A stretch of DNA of 64,000 nucleotides from Candidatus Nanohaloarchaea archaeon. GTDB taxonomy: Archaea; Nanohalarchaeota; Nanosalinia; Nanosalinales; Nanosalinaceae. Position numbers and translations under genes: made by a program. The notes under the pieces were generated by a model. It searched no databases, was not told the DNA's origin, and saw only the letters and a program-made list of their open reading frames with translations. Where the stretch lies: the NCBI GenBank assembly GCA_042218075.1, contig JBDGRK010000009.1:18136-82135 (forward strand). Reading direction: 5' to 3'. Below, in pieces: positions 19,793 through 28,745 of the stretch. Positions within the stretch are counted from its first letter, which is position 1. Each line of letters begins with the position of its first letter.

Positions 19793-21001
19793 ATGGAGCA
19801 TAAACACACTATAAGGATCCTCTTCCTGACGATACTCGCGGAGGTCATAGGCCTCGGCATACTGATACCCATAGTTCCACTCCTCTTCACAGAACCCTCC
19901 TCCCAGTTCTTCATGCTGGGATCAGGTTCGATCACACTCGGCTACATCCTGCTGGGTCTTACAGTGGGTCTCTATCCCCTGGCTCAGTTTTTCTCGACGC
20001 CGATACTTGGAGAGCTGAGCGATATCTACGGAAGGAAGAGGGTTATACAGCTGTCGGTGATAGGAACTATCGCCGCAACTCTGATATTTGCCTTTGGGAT
20101 CTTGAAAGGCAGCGTGGCTGTGCTGCTCGCCTCTAGAGCTCTTAACGGCGCTACAGGAGGCCTTATTTCGGTGGCCCAGGCGACTATAGCCGATGTATCA
20201 GAGCAGAATTCAAAATCGAAGAACTTTGGAATAATCGGTGCAGCTTTCGGGACAGGCTTCATAATAGGACCTTTCCTCGGAGGAGTCCTGAGCTCGGATC
20301 TCTATCCCTTCCTCAATCCCGCCACACCGTTCTTCTTTGCGGCTTCGCTATCCGCTCTAAGCCTTCTATACGTCAGCCTTAAGCTGAGGGAAACCAGCCC
20401 GATGGAAAAATCGTCGATCAACTGGAAGAAACCGTTCAGCCAGGTGGTAAAAGGATTGAAACTCCCGGGACTCAAGAAACTGTTCGGCACCAGCTTCTTC
20501 TACTTCGCGGGCTTCGCCTTCTACACCACCTTTCTCCCGGTCTACCTGATCAAGAGGTTCGGGTTCTCGCAGTTCCAGGTCGGCAATACATACCTCTACC
20601 TCGGAGTATTCATACTGCTGACTCAGCTGGTGATTGTTCCGAGGCTGTTCAAAAGATGCAGGGAAACCAGAGTTATGCCTCTCACACTTTTTCTGACAGG
20701 CTTTTTCATACTCTCGCTGATCCTTGCACCCGAAAAAGTTATTTTCTTCGGTTTGCTGGCGTTCTTCGCCGTGAATAACTCGATAAGCATGGTCTCGATC
20801 CAGACCCTGATATCGAATAAAGCTCCAGAAAAAGACCAGGGACTCGCCCTCGGCACAAATAGATCGGTCCGGGCGATGGCAACTGCCTTTCCTGCCATGC
20901 TCTCGGGCTTTGCCGCAGCTCTCTCAAATCCCGGAATACCGCTCGTGATCGCTGGAAGTATAATAATGGCCACAGCTCTCATCTACAGTTCAATTCGATG
21001 A
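19793..21001 (+). CDS. MFS transporter (TetA/DHA1-like)
   Basis: GELSDIYGRKRV motif A, GFIIGPFLGG motif C, about 12 TM helices. Confidence 0.93.
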   Translation: MEHKHTIRILFLTILAEVIGLGILIPIVPLLFTEPSSQFFMLGSGSITLGYILLGLTVGLYPLAQFFSTPILGELSDIYGRKRVIQLSVIGTIAATLIFAFGILKGSVAVLLASRALNGATGGLISVAQATIADVSEQNSKSKNFGIIGAAFGTGFIIGPFLGGVLSSDLYPFLNPATPFFFAASLSALSLLYVSLKLRETSPMEKSSINWKKPFSQVVKGLKLPGLKKLFGTSFFYFAGFAFYTTFLPVYLIKRFGFSQFQVGNTYLYLGVFILLTQLVIVPRLFKRCRETRVMPLTLFLTGFFILSLILAPEKVIFFGLLAFFAVNNSISMVSIQTLISNKAPEKDQGLALGTNRSVRAMATAFPAMLSGFAAALSNPGIPLVIAGSIIMATALIYSSIR

Positions 21002-21417
21002 AACTGGAAGAACTGGAAGAAGGAGACAGGATACTGTTTGAGGGGAGAAAAAAACCGCTGGAGATCAAAGAAGAGATAGAGGATGGTGTGATAGTCGAAG
21101 GTCCTTCAGGAGGAGATTACGAGATATACTCTGAGAACGATGCGATTCTTTACTGCAGGAAGGGAAACAGGCGCTACTCCTCCTACTGCGAAAATCTGAG
21201 GAAGGTCGGGGAGTGGGAGAGAAACGAAAACTCGTGGAGACATTCAGATTCAGGGAGAGAACTGAGCCTGGAAAAGAACGAGATAGAGAAGTGGATTATA
21301 GCATCCGGCGAGATCGATGTAGAGAAAGAAATGGATGTTCCAAAGTACGGTTTTTCTGATAGAGAGGTTGCGGAAAAAGAGGTAAGTAAATTTATCGAGA
21401 AGAATCCCGAGGGATAA
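20998..21417 (+). CDS. Hypothetical protein
   Basis: Acidic ORF with ATGA overlap. Confidence 0.65.
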   Translation: MKLEELEEGDRILFEGRKKPLEIKEEIEDGVIVEGPSGGDYEIYSENDAILYCRKGNRRYSSYCENLRKVGEWERNENSWRHSDSGRELSLEKNEIEKWIIASGEIDVEKEMDVPKYGFSDREVAEKEVSKFIEKNPEG

Positions 21418-21447
21418 AAAAGAGGAGAAAGGGTTGGACCTTTCCTA

Positions 21448-21639
21448 TTACTCTGGTAAATACTCGCCCGTGAATCCCACGTAGAGCAGTACCAGCGCCA
21501 GAACGCCGAGTACCGGTGAGAGAATCATGGGCAGAGAGGTCACTGGTCCTATAGACGCAAGTTGAGCCAGCGAAACCAGCCCGGAGACTGCACCTAGAAG
21601 TAACAGTACGAGCTGGATGGCTCCTGTGTCGTCTGCCAT
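21448..21639 (-). CDS. Small two-TM membrane protein
   Basis: Two hydrophobic helices; upstream TATA-like box. Confidence 0.6.
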   Translation of the reverse strand: MADDTGAIQLVLLLLGAVSGLVSLAQLASIGPVTSLPMILSPVLGVLALVLLYVGFTGEYLPE

Positions 21640-21717
21640 GATTGTTTATAAGATTAAAACAAACATAAAGCTAACGGCAAGCTAAGTAATTTCAATCTTA
21701 GAGAATACTGTCAAAAC

Positions 21718-22161
21718 ATGAAAATGTACAGTCCAGAATTCGATGACGGCGATCATATGCCTGAAAAGGTCGGATACACGAGAAAGAATCTAAACCCAGA
21801 GCTCTTTATAGAGAATGTTCCAGGAGAGGCGGAATCCCTAGTTCTTGTAATGGATGATCCCGATGCGGTAGAGCCCGCGGGAAAAGTCTGGGATCACTGG
21901 ACCGTCTGGAATATTGATCCAGAAAAGCAGAGGATCCAGCGAGGAGAATCGCCCGGATTTGAGGGGAAGAATGATTTCGGCGAGAGAGGATACGGTGGTC
22001 CGAACCCGCCCGATGCAACACATATCTACAGTTTCAGGCTTTACGCGGTCGATACACAACTTGAGCTAGGGGGAGACTCAACCAAGCAGCAAGTGCTCCA
22101 GGAGATAGAGGGAAATGTGATAGATAAGGCTGAACTGGAGGGAAAGTACGATCCGGTGTAG
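21718..22161 (+). CDS. YbhB/YbcL (PEBP) family protein
   Basis: MDDPDA, WDHW, YGGPNPP and HIYSFRLYAVD motifs. Confidence 0.92.
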   Translation: MKMYSPEFDDGDHMPEKVGYTRKNLNPELFIENVPGEAESLVLVMDDPDAVEPAGKVWDHWTVWNIDPEKQRIQRGESPGFEGKNDFGERGYGGPNPPDATHIYSFRLYAVDTQLELGGDSTKQQVLQEIEGNVIDKAELEGKYDPV

Positions 22162-22530
22162 CTACCTGCTAAAAAACCTCTGCATAAACTCCTCATAATT
22201 ACTATTTAGATATTCCCTGGCTTGTTCGAAATCGAGATAATTTAAATTTTCCTCAGGACTGCCTTTTTCAAAGAATCTGTGTATGTGAACCGGTTTATCT
22301 TTGTGATAATTATCTATTCTTGCTATTTCGAACGTCTTTACAGAGTTATCTTCAATATCGTAATCTCTTGATTCCAACATTACCGCCCATTTTTCGGGAT
22401 CATCCAGATCTGGTATTCCCTTAATTCTTATTATTGCAGTTCTCTCGATACTATCTACGAAACCGGCGATAAATCTGTGCTCTCTCCCTTTTCTGTTTCT
22501 AGACATAAGCTTGGTCTCGTTCACCAACAA
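22162..22530 (-). CDS. Putative TumE/DUF6516-like toxin
   Basis: EIARIDNYH...HIHRF resembles the RxDNxH..HxH motif; start uncertain. Confidence 0.5.
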   Translation of the reverse strand: MLVNETKLMSRNRKGREHRFIAGFVDSIERTAIIRIKGIPDLDDPEKWAVMLESRDYDIEDNSVKTFEIARIDNYHKDKPVHIHRFFEKGSPEENLNYLDFEQAREYLNSNYEEFMQRFFSR

Positions 22531-22558
22531 TAAAAAGATTTGGAACTAATCCTATTCT

Positions 22559-22996
22559 ATGGAAAACAAGAAAAATAAATACTCAATAAATAGAGAAAAA
22601 GAAAAATTGACTATCAAGGATCTTGAAGCCAAGCTAAAAAAACTTGAACAGGCTATGTCTCAGAAATCAGAAAAATTAGATATAGGATCCGGGGTTCAGG
22701 ACAAAAATTTTGAATCAGTTGAAAATGATATTATAAGTGTAGATTTTGATACAGCCGCGAAATTATTTAGCGGAAAGAGAATAGAGCTTCTTGATAAACT
22801 ATCTGAGAAAAAATTTAATTCGATTAGCCAGCTTGCAAGAGAGCTTGATAGAGACAAGAAAAACGTCTCGGAAGATATTAAATTACTATTTGAACACGGC
22901 ATAGTCGATCTAGAGGAAAAAGGGCGTTCTAAAAGGCCTATATTTAATTTCTCAAGAATTGAGATTAATCCACTTGAGTTTGAAGAAAACAGCTAA
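22559..22996 (+). CDS. HVO_A0114-like HTH protein (putative antitoxin)
   Basis: KLFSGKRIELL...SISQLARELDRDKKNVSEDIKLLFEHGIV...GRSKRP. Confidence 0.8.
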   Translation: MENKKNKYSINREKEKLTIKDLEAKLKKLEQAMSQKSEKLDIGSGVQDKNFESVENDIISVDFDTAAKLFSGKRIELLDKLSEKKFNSISQLARELDRDKKNVSEDIKLLFEHGIVDLEEKGRSKRPIFNFSRIEINPLEFEENS

Positions 22997-23085
22997 ATTA
23001 TTAGAGAACGATAATGGCAGGTAATAGATAGTCAAGATTATCAAGCTATACTATTTTAAAAAGTATTACGTTATATTACGACAGG

Positions 23086-23382
23086 ATGTCTCTCAGAAAG
23101 GTAAGCCCCAGAGAATACATAAGAGAAGAGTACGGTTTCGATCCTCGTGAAGTCAGTCAGGGATTAATTACGCGGGTTCTAGGGCCCGATTTCTATGAAA
23201 GCTACGATAGTTTGACAGAATATGTTAGGGAAGAGGCAGATCACGAGGCAGAAATGGAACATATCGCAATGAAACAATCTCTAGAGAAGTGTGGACAGAC
23301 AAATCAAAAACTAACTGGAATAGATGAAATCTTGGAAACCGAAACTTGGATGAAGCCAGGAGAAGAGATTGAAAGCGATTAG
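23086..23382 (+). CDS. Hypothetical protein
   Basis: Acidic ORF. Confidence 0.55.
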   Translation: MSLRKVSPREYIREEYGFDPREVSQGLITRVLGPDFYESYDSLTEYVREEADHEAEMEHIAMKQSLEKCGQTNQKLTGIDEILETETWMKPGEEIESD

Positions 23383-23398
23383 TCAACCGGAGGATGTT

Positions 23399-23935
23399 TC
23401 ACGGAAACTCCGATACTGGCTGGCTCAATAAGTCACCATCTTCCTTGCCATCCCCTATGATGACATCGTAACCTCCATCGATCAACTGCCTTTCAATCCT
23501 TGCAGTCATTCTATCCATCTCAAACACTCCACTAAAGTCTCCTCTATCAAATAAATCTCTCGCGTAACCACTTGTCATCTCCTCAGGCTCGGTCTGGACC
23601 AATTCTTCAATTCCATCCATGTCCTCTTCTATCACACTTCTAGGTCCTATAGCTTCATTTACATTGAAAGAATCTGTTAAAACATGATACTTTACAATAC
23701 AACTTGCATCGGGGTGCTGGACTCCATCAGGATAGACATCAAAGGCAACAGTCAATTGATTCAAATTTGTCTCCTCAATAATAGCTTCTTCAGGATTATC
23801 ACCTTCAGAGAAATCCCTATCTGTAGGCGGGGAAAATGCTAAATAACCTTCAACCCTATTTCCATTATTCTCAAGATATTCAGCAGCCTCCGAAACCTTG
23901 TCTCCAATATCTCCAGTATATTCGTCTAGAGTCAA
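23399..23935 (-). CDS. Hypothetical protein
   Basis: Very acidic 178-aa ORF. Confidence 0.6.
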   Translation of the reverse strand: MTLDEYTGDIGDKVSEAAEYLENNGNRVEGYLAFSPPTDRDFSEGDNPEEAIIEETNLNQLTVAFDVYPDGVQHPDASCIVKYHVLTDSFNVNEAIGPRSVIEEDMDGIEELVQTEPEEMTSGYARDLFDRGDFSGVFEMDRMTARIERQLIDGGYDVIIGDGKEDGDLLSQPVSEFP

Positions 23936-23998
23936 AAAGTGTTGTTACTCCCAAATTTTAAATATTCCGGGATGGATTTGGAATCCTCCTTCGAGCTG

Positions 23999-24853
23999 CT
24001 AATTAACGCCCTCAACTTCCAGCCAGGGCACTTCTACCAGCGGAGGAATATGTTTCTCAATATGGTGCCCCCACACTCCCTGCTCACCAAAAGCATCTCC
24101 GTGATCAGATGTTATGATAACATCTCCTTCAAGATCTTCAACTAACTTTTTTGCCTCTTCCATTACCTTCCTCTGATTTTCCCGGTGGAATTCCATCAGT
24201 TTCTCCGTGCTCTCCCCTGATACTACTTGGAGTAGAGATCTCTTGTCAAGACTCGAGTAGAGACCCAGCTTCATGAATAACTCCATATCCTCCATCCTGC
24301 TGATTATGTCGGGCATAACTTCTGCTATTTGGTCGCTTATCACTCCATTGGTTCCACCATTTGTTTTCAGCTTCGAGAAACTCTTCTTCAGATGAGCGTT
24401 CAGTCTTCCCTTTCCCCTCCCCAGGAAAGGTACATGAGGCTGCATGTAGTGTATGACCGTTCTAGCTCCATCCAGATCATCCCTTCTCTTCCTGAACTGC
24501 CTGTTAACGTCCTCAGGCCTCACAGTACCTATCTCGTCGTCCCAGGCTACGTCCCATAGATCGATTATGTTGGTTATGTGATCCGCAGGAACAACATCGT
24601 AATTCACATCTCCAACCTGTCTCAGCGACATTCCAATACTGTTGATAAAAGGGTTGGTGGAGAAGTAATTCATCCTGTGCCTGCCTTCAAAAACTTTCGC
24701 AGCCCATTCTGGCGTTGCTGATGCCCTGCTCTTTCTCTTCTCTAGCTCTCCTTCGAAATAATCATCGTAGAGCTGGCTGAAAACATCGTAACGTGCAGCG
24801 TCAAAAATTATTGCGTAGTCCCAGTCTTCTTCAAGGAAGTTCTGGCCCTTCAT
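23999..24853 (-). CDS. Alkaline phosphatase/sulfatase superfamily protein
   Basis: IIFDAARYD, HYMQPHVPF, ITSDHGDAFGE, WGH and VPW motifs. Confidence 0.85.
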   Translation of the reverse strand: MKGQNFLEEDWDYAIIFDAARYDVFSQLYDDYFEGELEKRKSRASATPEWAAKVFEGRHRMNYFSTNPFINSIGMSLRQVGDVNYDVVPADHITNIIDLWDVAWDDEIGTVRPEDVNRQFRKRRDDLDGARTVIHYMQPHVPFLGRGKGRLNAHLKKSFSKLKTNGGTNGVISDQIAEVMPDIISRMEDMELFMKLGLYSSLDKRSLLQVVSGESTEKLMEFHRENQRKVMEEAKKLVEDLEGDVIITSDHGDAFGEQGVWGHHIEKHIPPLVEVPWLEVEGVN

Positions 24854-24944
24854 TACACTGAATCAGTAATACTTCACTTTAATATTTTGCGAGATCGAAC
24901 CGGAATCAGAAACCAATTTATAGCCTTCCCTTGAACACCTATGC

Positions 24945-25307
24945 ATGAACCTTGAGAAGCTTATACCGGAGGATTACGGACAGCTTGAAAATTCCGACCT
25001 GGCATTGAGCGAGGGCAGGATAGCCAGGATACTGAGGGAAAGGATGGATGAAGACCAGACCCTAGATGGAGACGTTCCCCACGTGATCAACTGCGTGCTT
25101 TCAGAACTTCTTGACGAGATAGTGGACGAAACTGTAGACGAGGCAGAGATGCTTGCCAAGGTAAAGGAATCGCACCTTAGAGTAGCACTCAGGAACGTTG
25201 AGGTGAAAGAGAGTCAGAGGGCCAGAACAGAGGCTTTTATTGAACAACTGAGATCTATTTCGGAGGAAATGGAGAAAACAGCAAAGAGGCTTGAAGGAAG
25301 GTCATAG
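24945..25307 (+). CDS. Histone-fold protein with C-terminal coiled coil
   Basis: LALSEGRIARILRE (alpha1), a long alpha2, AKVKESHLRVAL (L2/alpha3), then a long amphipathic helix. Confidence 0.6.
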   Translation: MNLEKLIPEDYGQLENSDLALSEGRIARILRERMDEDQTLDGDVPHVINCVLSELLDEIVDETVDEAEMLAKVKESHLRVALRNVEVKESQRARTEAFIEQLRSISEEMEKTAKRLEGRS

Positions 25308-25357
25308 TACGGAAGAATTTAAAAAGTGGTTCTAAAAACTGTTCACGGTGTTTAACT

Positions 25358-25588
25358 ATGAATGAAGTAAACTCTCTTGACTGGATTTCCCTTGTCCTAG
25401 TGATTTTAGGCGCAGTAAACTGGGGTCTCGAAGGCCTTGGACAGTTCGCTGGAAGCAACCTCAACGTGGTAAACCTCCTCCTCGGAGGAGTAGCCGGCGG
25501 ACAGCTTGAATCACTGGTCTACGTGCTTGTAGGTCTTGCGGGACTCTACCAGGTCTACTTCGGCTACGAGCTCCACGACCAGCAGTGA
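25358..25588 (+). CDS. DUF378 membrane protein
   Basis: LVILGAVNWGL...NVV...VYVLVGLAGLY. Confidence 0.9.
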   Translation: MNEVNSLDWISLVLVILGAVNWGLEGLGQFAGSNLNVVNLLLGGVAGGQLESLVYVLVGLAGLYQVYFGYELHDQQ

Positions 25589-25592
25589 TGAA

Positions 25593-25814
25593 TCAACCCT
25601 CTCTTTCTTCTTTCCCGGCTTCTTCTACTTCCAGTTTATCCTCCATTCCCTCGAACGCCTCGTCCATCTCCGCTGTCATATCCATCATCTGCTCCATGTT
25701 CTGCTGGAAATCTCCCAGCTGGCGGTTAATCCTCCACCTCACGATGAAGAAAGCTGCTACGATGCCAAACACAGAGCCGGCGACGAAACCTATAGACAAG
25801 AAGGTTAGTGACAT
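25593..25814 (-). CDS. Small single-TM protein
   Basis: N-terminal TM helix and acidic coil. Confidence 0.6.
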   Translation of the reverse strand: MSLTFLSIGFVAGSVFGIVAAFFIVRWRINRQLGDFQQNMEQMMDMTAEMDEAFEGMEDKLEVEEAGKEEREG

Positions 25815-25856
25815 AGAATTAAACGTTTTGCACAGCTTTATACTATTTAGTACACA

Positions 25857-26045
25857 ATGGAGAATACCGAAAATCTGTCCAGAAAATATCTGGCAAGTGC
25901 CATAACAATAAATCTCGTGGCCGCCATTCTGGGGTTATTTGTGCTCTACATACTAGGCCCTATTCCAGGTGCTGCAACATTCCTGGTTTTGATAATCCTT
26001 CTACCTCTTTTATTCCACTATTTATACCTAAAAAGAAGGTCTTAA
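25857..26045 (+). CDS. Small membrane protein
   Basis: Two hydrophobic helices. Confidence 0.5.
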   Translation: MENTENLSRKYLASAITINLVAAILGLFVLYILGPIPGAATFLVLIILLPLLFHYLYLKRRS

Positions 26046-26156
26046 GCCTAGTTTCTTCTTCTCAACCCTTTCAATTTCAGTAACTCTCACCGTTTTAAAA
26101 TAGCATGAACGGCTGAACCTTTGAAAAATTAAAAGGTAAAAAAATTAAGTAGTGAA

Positions 26157-27548
26157 ATGTCATCAAATAATATGTCATACCTGCGCAGAGGTATATTGCT
26201 ACTATTTGCCACTTTTTTCTTCTCTACAGTAGTATTTGCCAGTCATCCTCCTGGTTCATGTGGCTACGGCAATCATGACTGTAGCGGTGAAGATACAGAG
26301 CCAGATTTTGTCACCTCGAACCCTGCAGGAGAACTGCTGTTGACAGGTTTCAACAATAAAACCTCAAGATTCAAGGGAGGATTCGACCATGAAGGTATAA
26401 GGGCCACAGGGCAGTGGGATAGCGACTCGAATTTAGAGTTTTTCGCTTCCAAGAGATTAAGTAAAAAAGAGGTACCGAGGCTGATTTACTTCGATTTGAA
26501 AGAATGGAAGAAAGGAAATTATCACAATCTGGGGATCAAAGCCAAACCTGGAGACATCGGGAGTGTTGCAGATATAGATCAGGACCATAAGCTGGAATTA
26601 ACATACTTGAGACCGACACCCGGTGACAAGGCAGAGGGCAACTGGTCCTACCTCAACGTGGATGGAGGCAAATTTGTTTCATCGATACCTGGGAAGCAGT
26701 TTGATACCATACTGCCAACTGTAGACTGGGATAATGATGGCAAACTGGAGTCCGGAGCAGTAGAAATTGACAGCCAGAAGATATATATCCTGAATCAAGA
26801 GGGCTCCATCGATAAATCGATAGGAAGAACAGTAAGCGTGGACCAGGATATAGGAGGTGCTGGAGATATTGATGAAGATGGATTTCCTGAACTTCTTGTA
26901 GACTTTAAGGGCGGTACTGGAACTATAGATTACAGGGGCAGGAAAAATCTACTGTTTGAAAAAGCTACTATTGCAAAGGTAGGAACTGTAGCAGACTTTG
27001 ATGTAGACGGAGAAGAAGAACTGAGCATGAGCCCCACTACATCCTGTGGAAGACAGAATATATGCGGTCAAGACAAGCTTTGGATCACAGATAAAGAAGG
27101 CAAGATAGTAAAAGTCCTGAGCTCATCGAGAGAAGGCGAGATAATAACGAGCCAGGCCTTCGCTAACGTCTATAGACAGGAACCGAATATCAGTTCTGCA
27201 AGGGTAAAACCTGAAAAACTTGAACCCGGTGAACGTATAGACTATTCAATATCCACAGAAGATCTATACGGTATAAAAAAAGCTTACCTCACGATTTTAG
27301 ACGACGGAGAAAGAGTCAAAGATATAAGAAAGGAAGATGTTTCCGGGAAAAAGATTGAATTCAGGAATACCTATAACGCGACTGGAGGAGAAATTTCAGC
27401 CAGAATAACAGTAAAAAACAAGGACTACAGAAACATTTCAGTTCGCCTGAACAGTAGTGTTGAAAAACAATCCGGTTCATTAATAACAGGAAAAGCAATA
27501 TCAGAACCAGGTTGGATTCTCAAATTAATCAAATTCCTTGCCAATTAG
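26157..27548 (+). CDS. Secreted FG-GAP/VCBS-repeat protein with Ig-like C-terminal part
   Basis: Signal peptide; repeated motifs ADIDQDHKLEL, DWDNDGKLE, GDIDEDGFPELL and ADFDVDGEEEL. Confidence 0.75.
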   Translation: MSSNNMSYLRRGILLLFATFFFSTVVFASHPPGSCGYGNHDCSGEDTEPDFVTSNPAGELLLTGFNNKTSRFKGGFDHEGIRATGQWDSDSNLEFFASKRLSKKEVPRLIYFDLKEWKKGNYHNLGIKAKPGDIGSVADIDQDHKLELTYLRPTPGDKAEGNWSYLNVDGGKFVSSIPGKQFDTILPTVDWDNDGKLESGAVEIDSQKIYILNQEGSIDKSIGRTVSVDQDIGGAGDIDEDGFPELLVDFKGGTGTIDYRGRKNLLFEKATIAKVGTVADFDVDGEEELSMSPTTSCGRQNICGQDKLWITDKEGKIVKVLSSSREGEIITSQAFANVYRQEPNISSARVKPEKLEPGERIDYSISTEDLYGIKKAYLTILDDGERVKDIRKEDVSGKKIEFRNTYNATGGEISARITVKNKDYRNISVRLNSSVEKQSGSLITGKAISEPGWILKLIKFLAN

Positions 27549-27644
27549 ACCCGAGAATCAATAATTCAAACCTTGCGTGCCACTCCAAAATCGCAGAAGT
27601 GATTTTGTGCGTTGGCAGAAACTCTTGGATAGAGTTTCGCGAAG

Positions 27645-27778
27645 AGCGTAACGAGTTGGACCGGCTGGGATTTGAGACCCCGAACTTCAGAAAGTTCGAT
27701 CATAAGAATGCATGGGTCCGGGAGACCCATGCCTTGCGTACCAACTCAGCGTAACGAGTTGGACCGGCTGGGATTTGA
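27645..27778. repeat. 31-bp direct repeat of the tRNA-Ala 3' end plus trailer (27645-27675 and 27748-27778)
   Basis: AGCGTAACGAGTTGGACCGGCTGGGATTTGA occurs twice with a 103-bp period. Confidence 0.95.
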
Positions 27779-27889
27779 ACCCAGGGCCTCTTCCAAGTTG
27801 GCGTCGAAGATCGGAGATCTTCTCGAACTCCCTTCACGGAGGAAGGAAGTGATGCCAAGGAAGCGTTCTGCCAGCTGAACTACCGGCCC
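27760..27889 (-). tRNA. tRNA-Ala(GGC) with a 57-nt intron at 37/38 (27796-27852)
   Basis: GGGCCGG acceptor with G3:U70, CTTCC-TTGGCA^T-GGAAG anticodon arm, GGTTCAAATCC T-arm; intron end CCAA-CT pairs with positions 32-35. Confidence 0.93.
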
Positions 27890-27980
27890 GCAACTGCTGA
27901 TGCAGTTGGCAGATCTAGACGGTCGCAGGGCGACCGTCTTCGGTATAGTTTTTCATCTGTCGGAAAAGCCTATATAAGCT

Positions 27981-28715
27981 TCAATCGCTGTACTCCTGCT
28001 TCAGGGTTTCCACTTCTCTGTCCGCGAGCCTTGTCGGTTCGGGAAGTTTGTAGTCTCCATCAAACCTTTCCACTAGATCGACCGCAGTTTCCTCACTCAC
28101 TTTATGGCCTGAAGAAACGTATAGAGGATTGATCTTGCTGTTCGGGGAATCATACTGCCTGGACTGGTAGGCGTAACCTATAATTTTACCATTCGGTATA
28201 TTCTCTACTGAACCATCCGATACCACTTTTCTGCTCGATTCCTCGCTCATCTTTTCCGGTAAATTTACCTTCCCGCACAGAAGATTCTTCGCGATTCCTA
28301 TGCTGGCTTTATCAAATAATACTCCGATATGAACCGCGATACCTGCCTGTCGAAAGTGAATCCTGCCGGAACCGTCCAGCATCAGTAGATCAGGCTCAGC
28401 GGAAAGATTATCCAGAGCATCGATTATTGCCTCGCCTTCCCTGAACGCAAGGAGTCCCGGAATGTAGGGAATTTTAAGATCTGCCTCACCGGAAGCTTTC
28501 TCCACTACTTCTCCATCCTGCATCACAACCGCAGAACTCACAGCTTTTCCATTCGTGAAAGCCTGGTCGATACCACAGACCTTCAAATCTTCATCCAGAG
28601 AAAAAATTAAATCATCCTCAAACACGGCCTCTTCAGCTATATCAAGCTGTAGCTGTTTCATCTGGTTATTTTCCATTTCCGGATAAGGCACATATCTCTG
28701 TTTAAATACTTCCAT
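27981..28715 (-). CDS. nfi: Endonuclease V
   Basis: GIDQAF, PYIPGLLAFRE, DGSGRIH, GIAK and LPEPTRLAD motifs. Confidence 0.95.
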   Translation of the reverse strand: MEVFKQRYVPYPEMENNQMKQLQLDIAEEAVFEDDLIFSLDEDLKVCGIDQAFTNGKAVSSAVVMQDGEVVEKASGEADLKIPYIPGLLAFREGEAIIDALDNLSAEPDLLMLDGSGRIHFRQAGIAVHIGVLFDKASIGIAKNLLCGKVNLPEKMSEESSRKVVSDGSVENIPNGKIIGYAYQSRQYDSPNSKINPLYVSSGHKVSEETAVDLVERFDGDYKLPEPTRLADREVETLKQEYSD

Positions 28716-28745
28716 ACCATGTCATTAAGGGTTAAAAATCCTGTA

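Noticed and set aside
27645-27778. CRISPR mini-array
   Set aside because: Only two repeats, the repeat is the tRNA 3' end, the 72-bp spacer is too long and no cas genes are present.
27512-27878. ORFs 27512-27754 and 27672-27878
   Set aside because: They are antisense to tRNA-Ala and its repeats; the repeated peptide simply reflects the DNA duplication.
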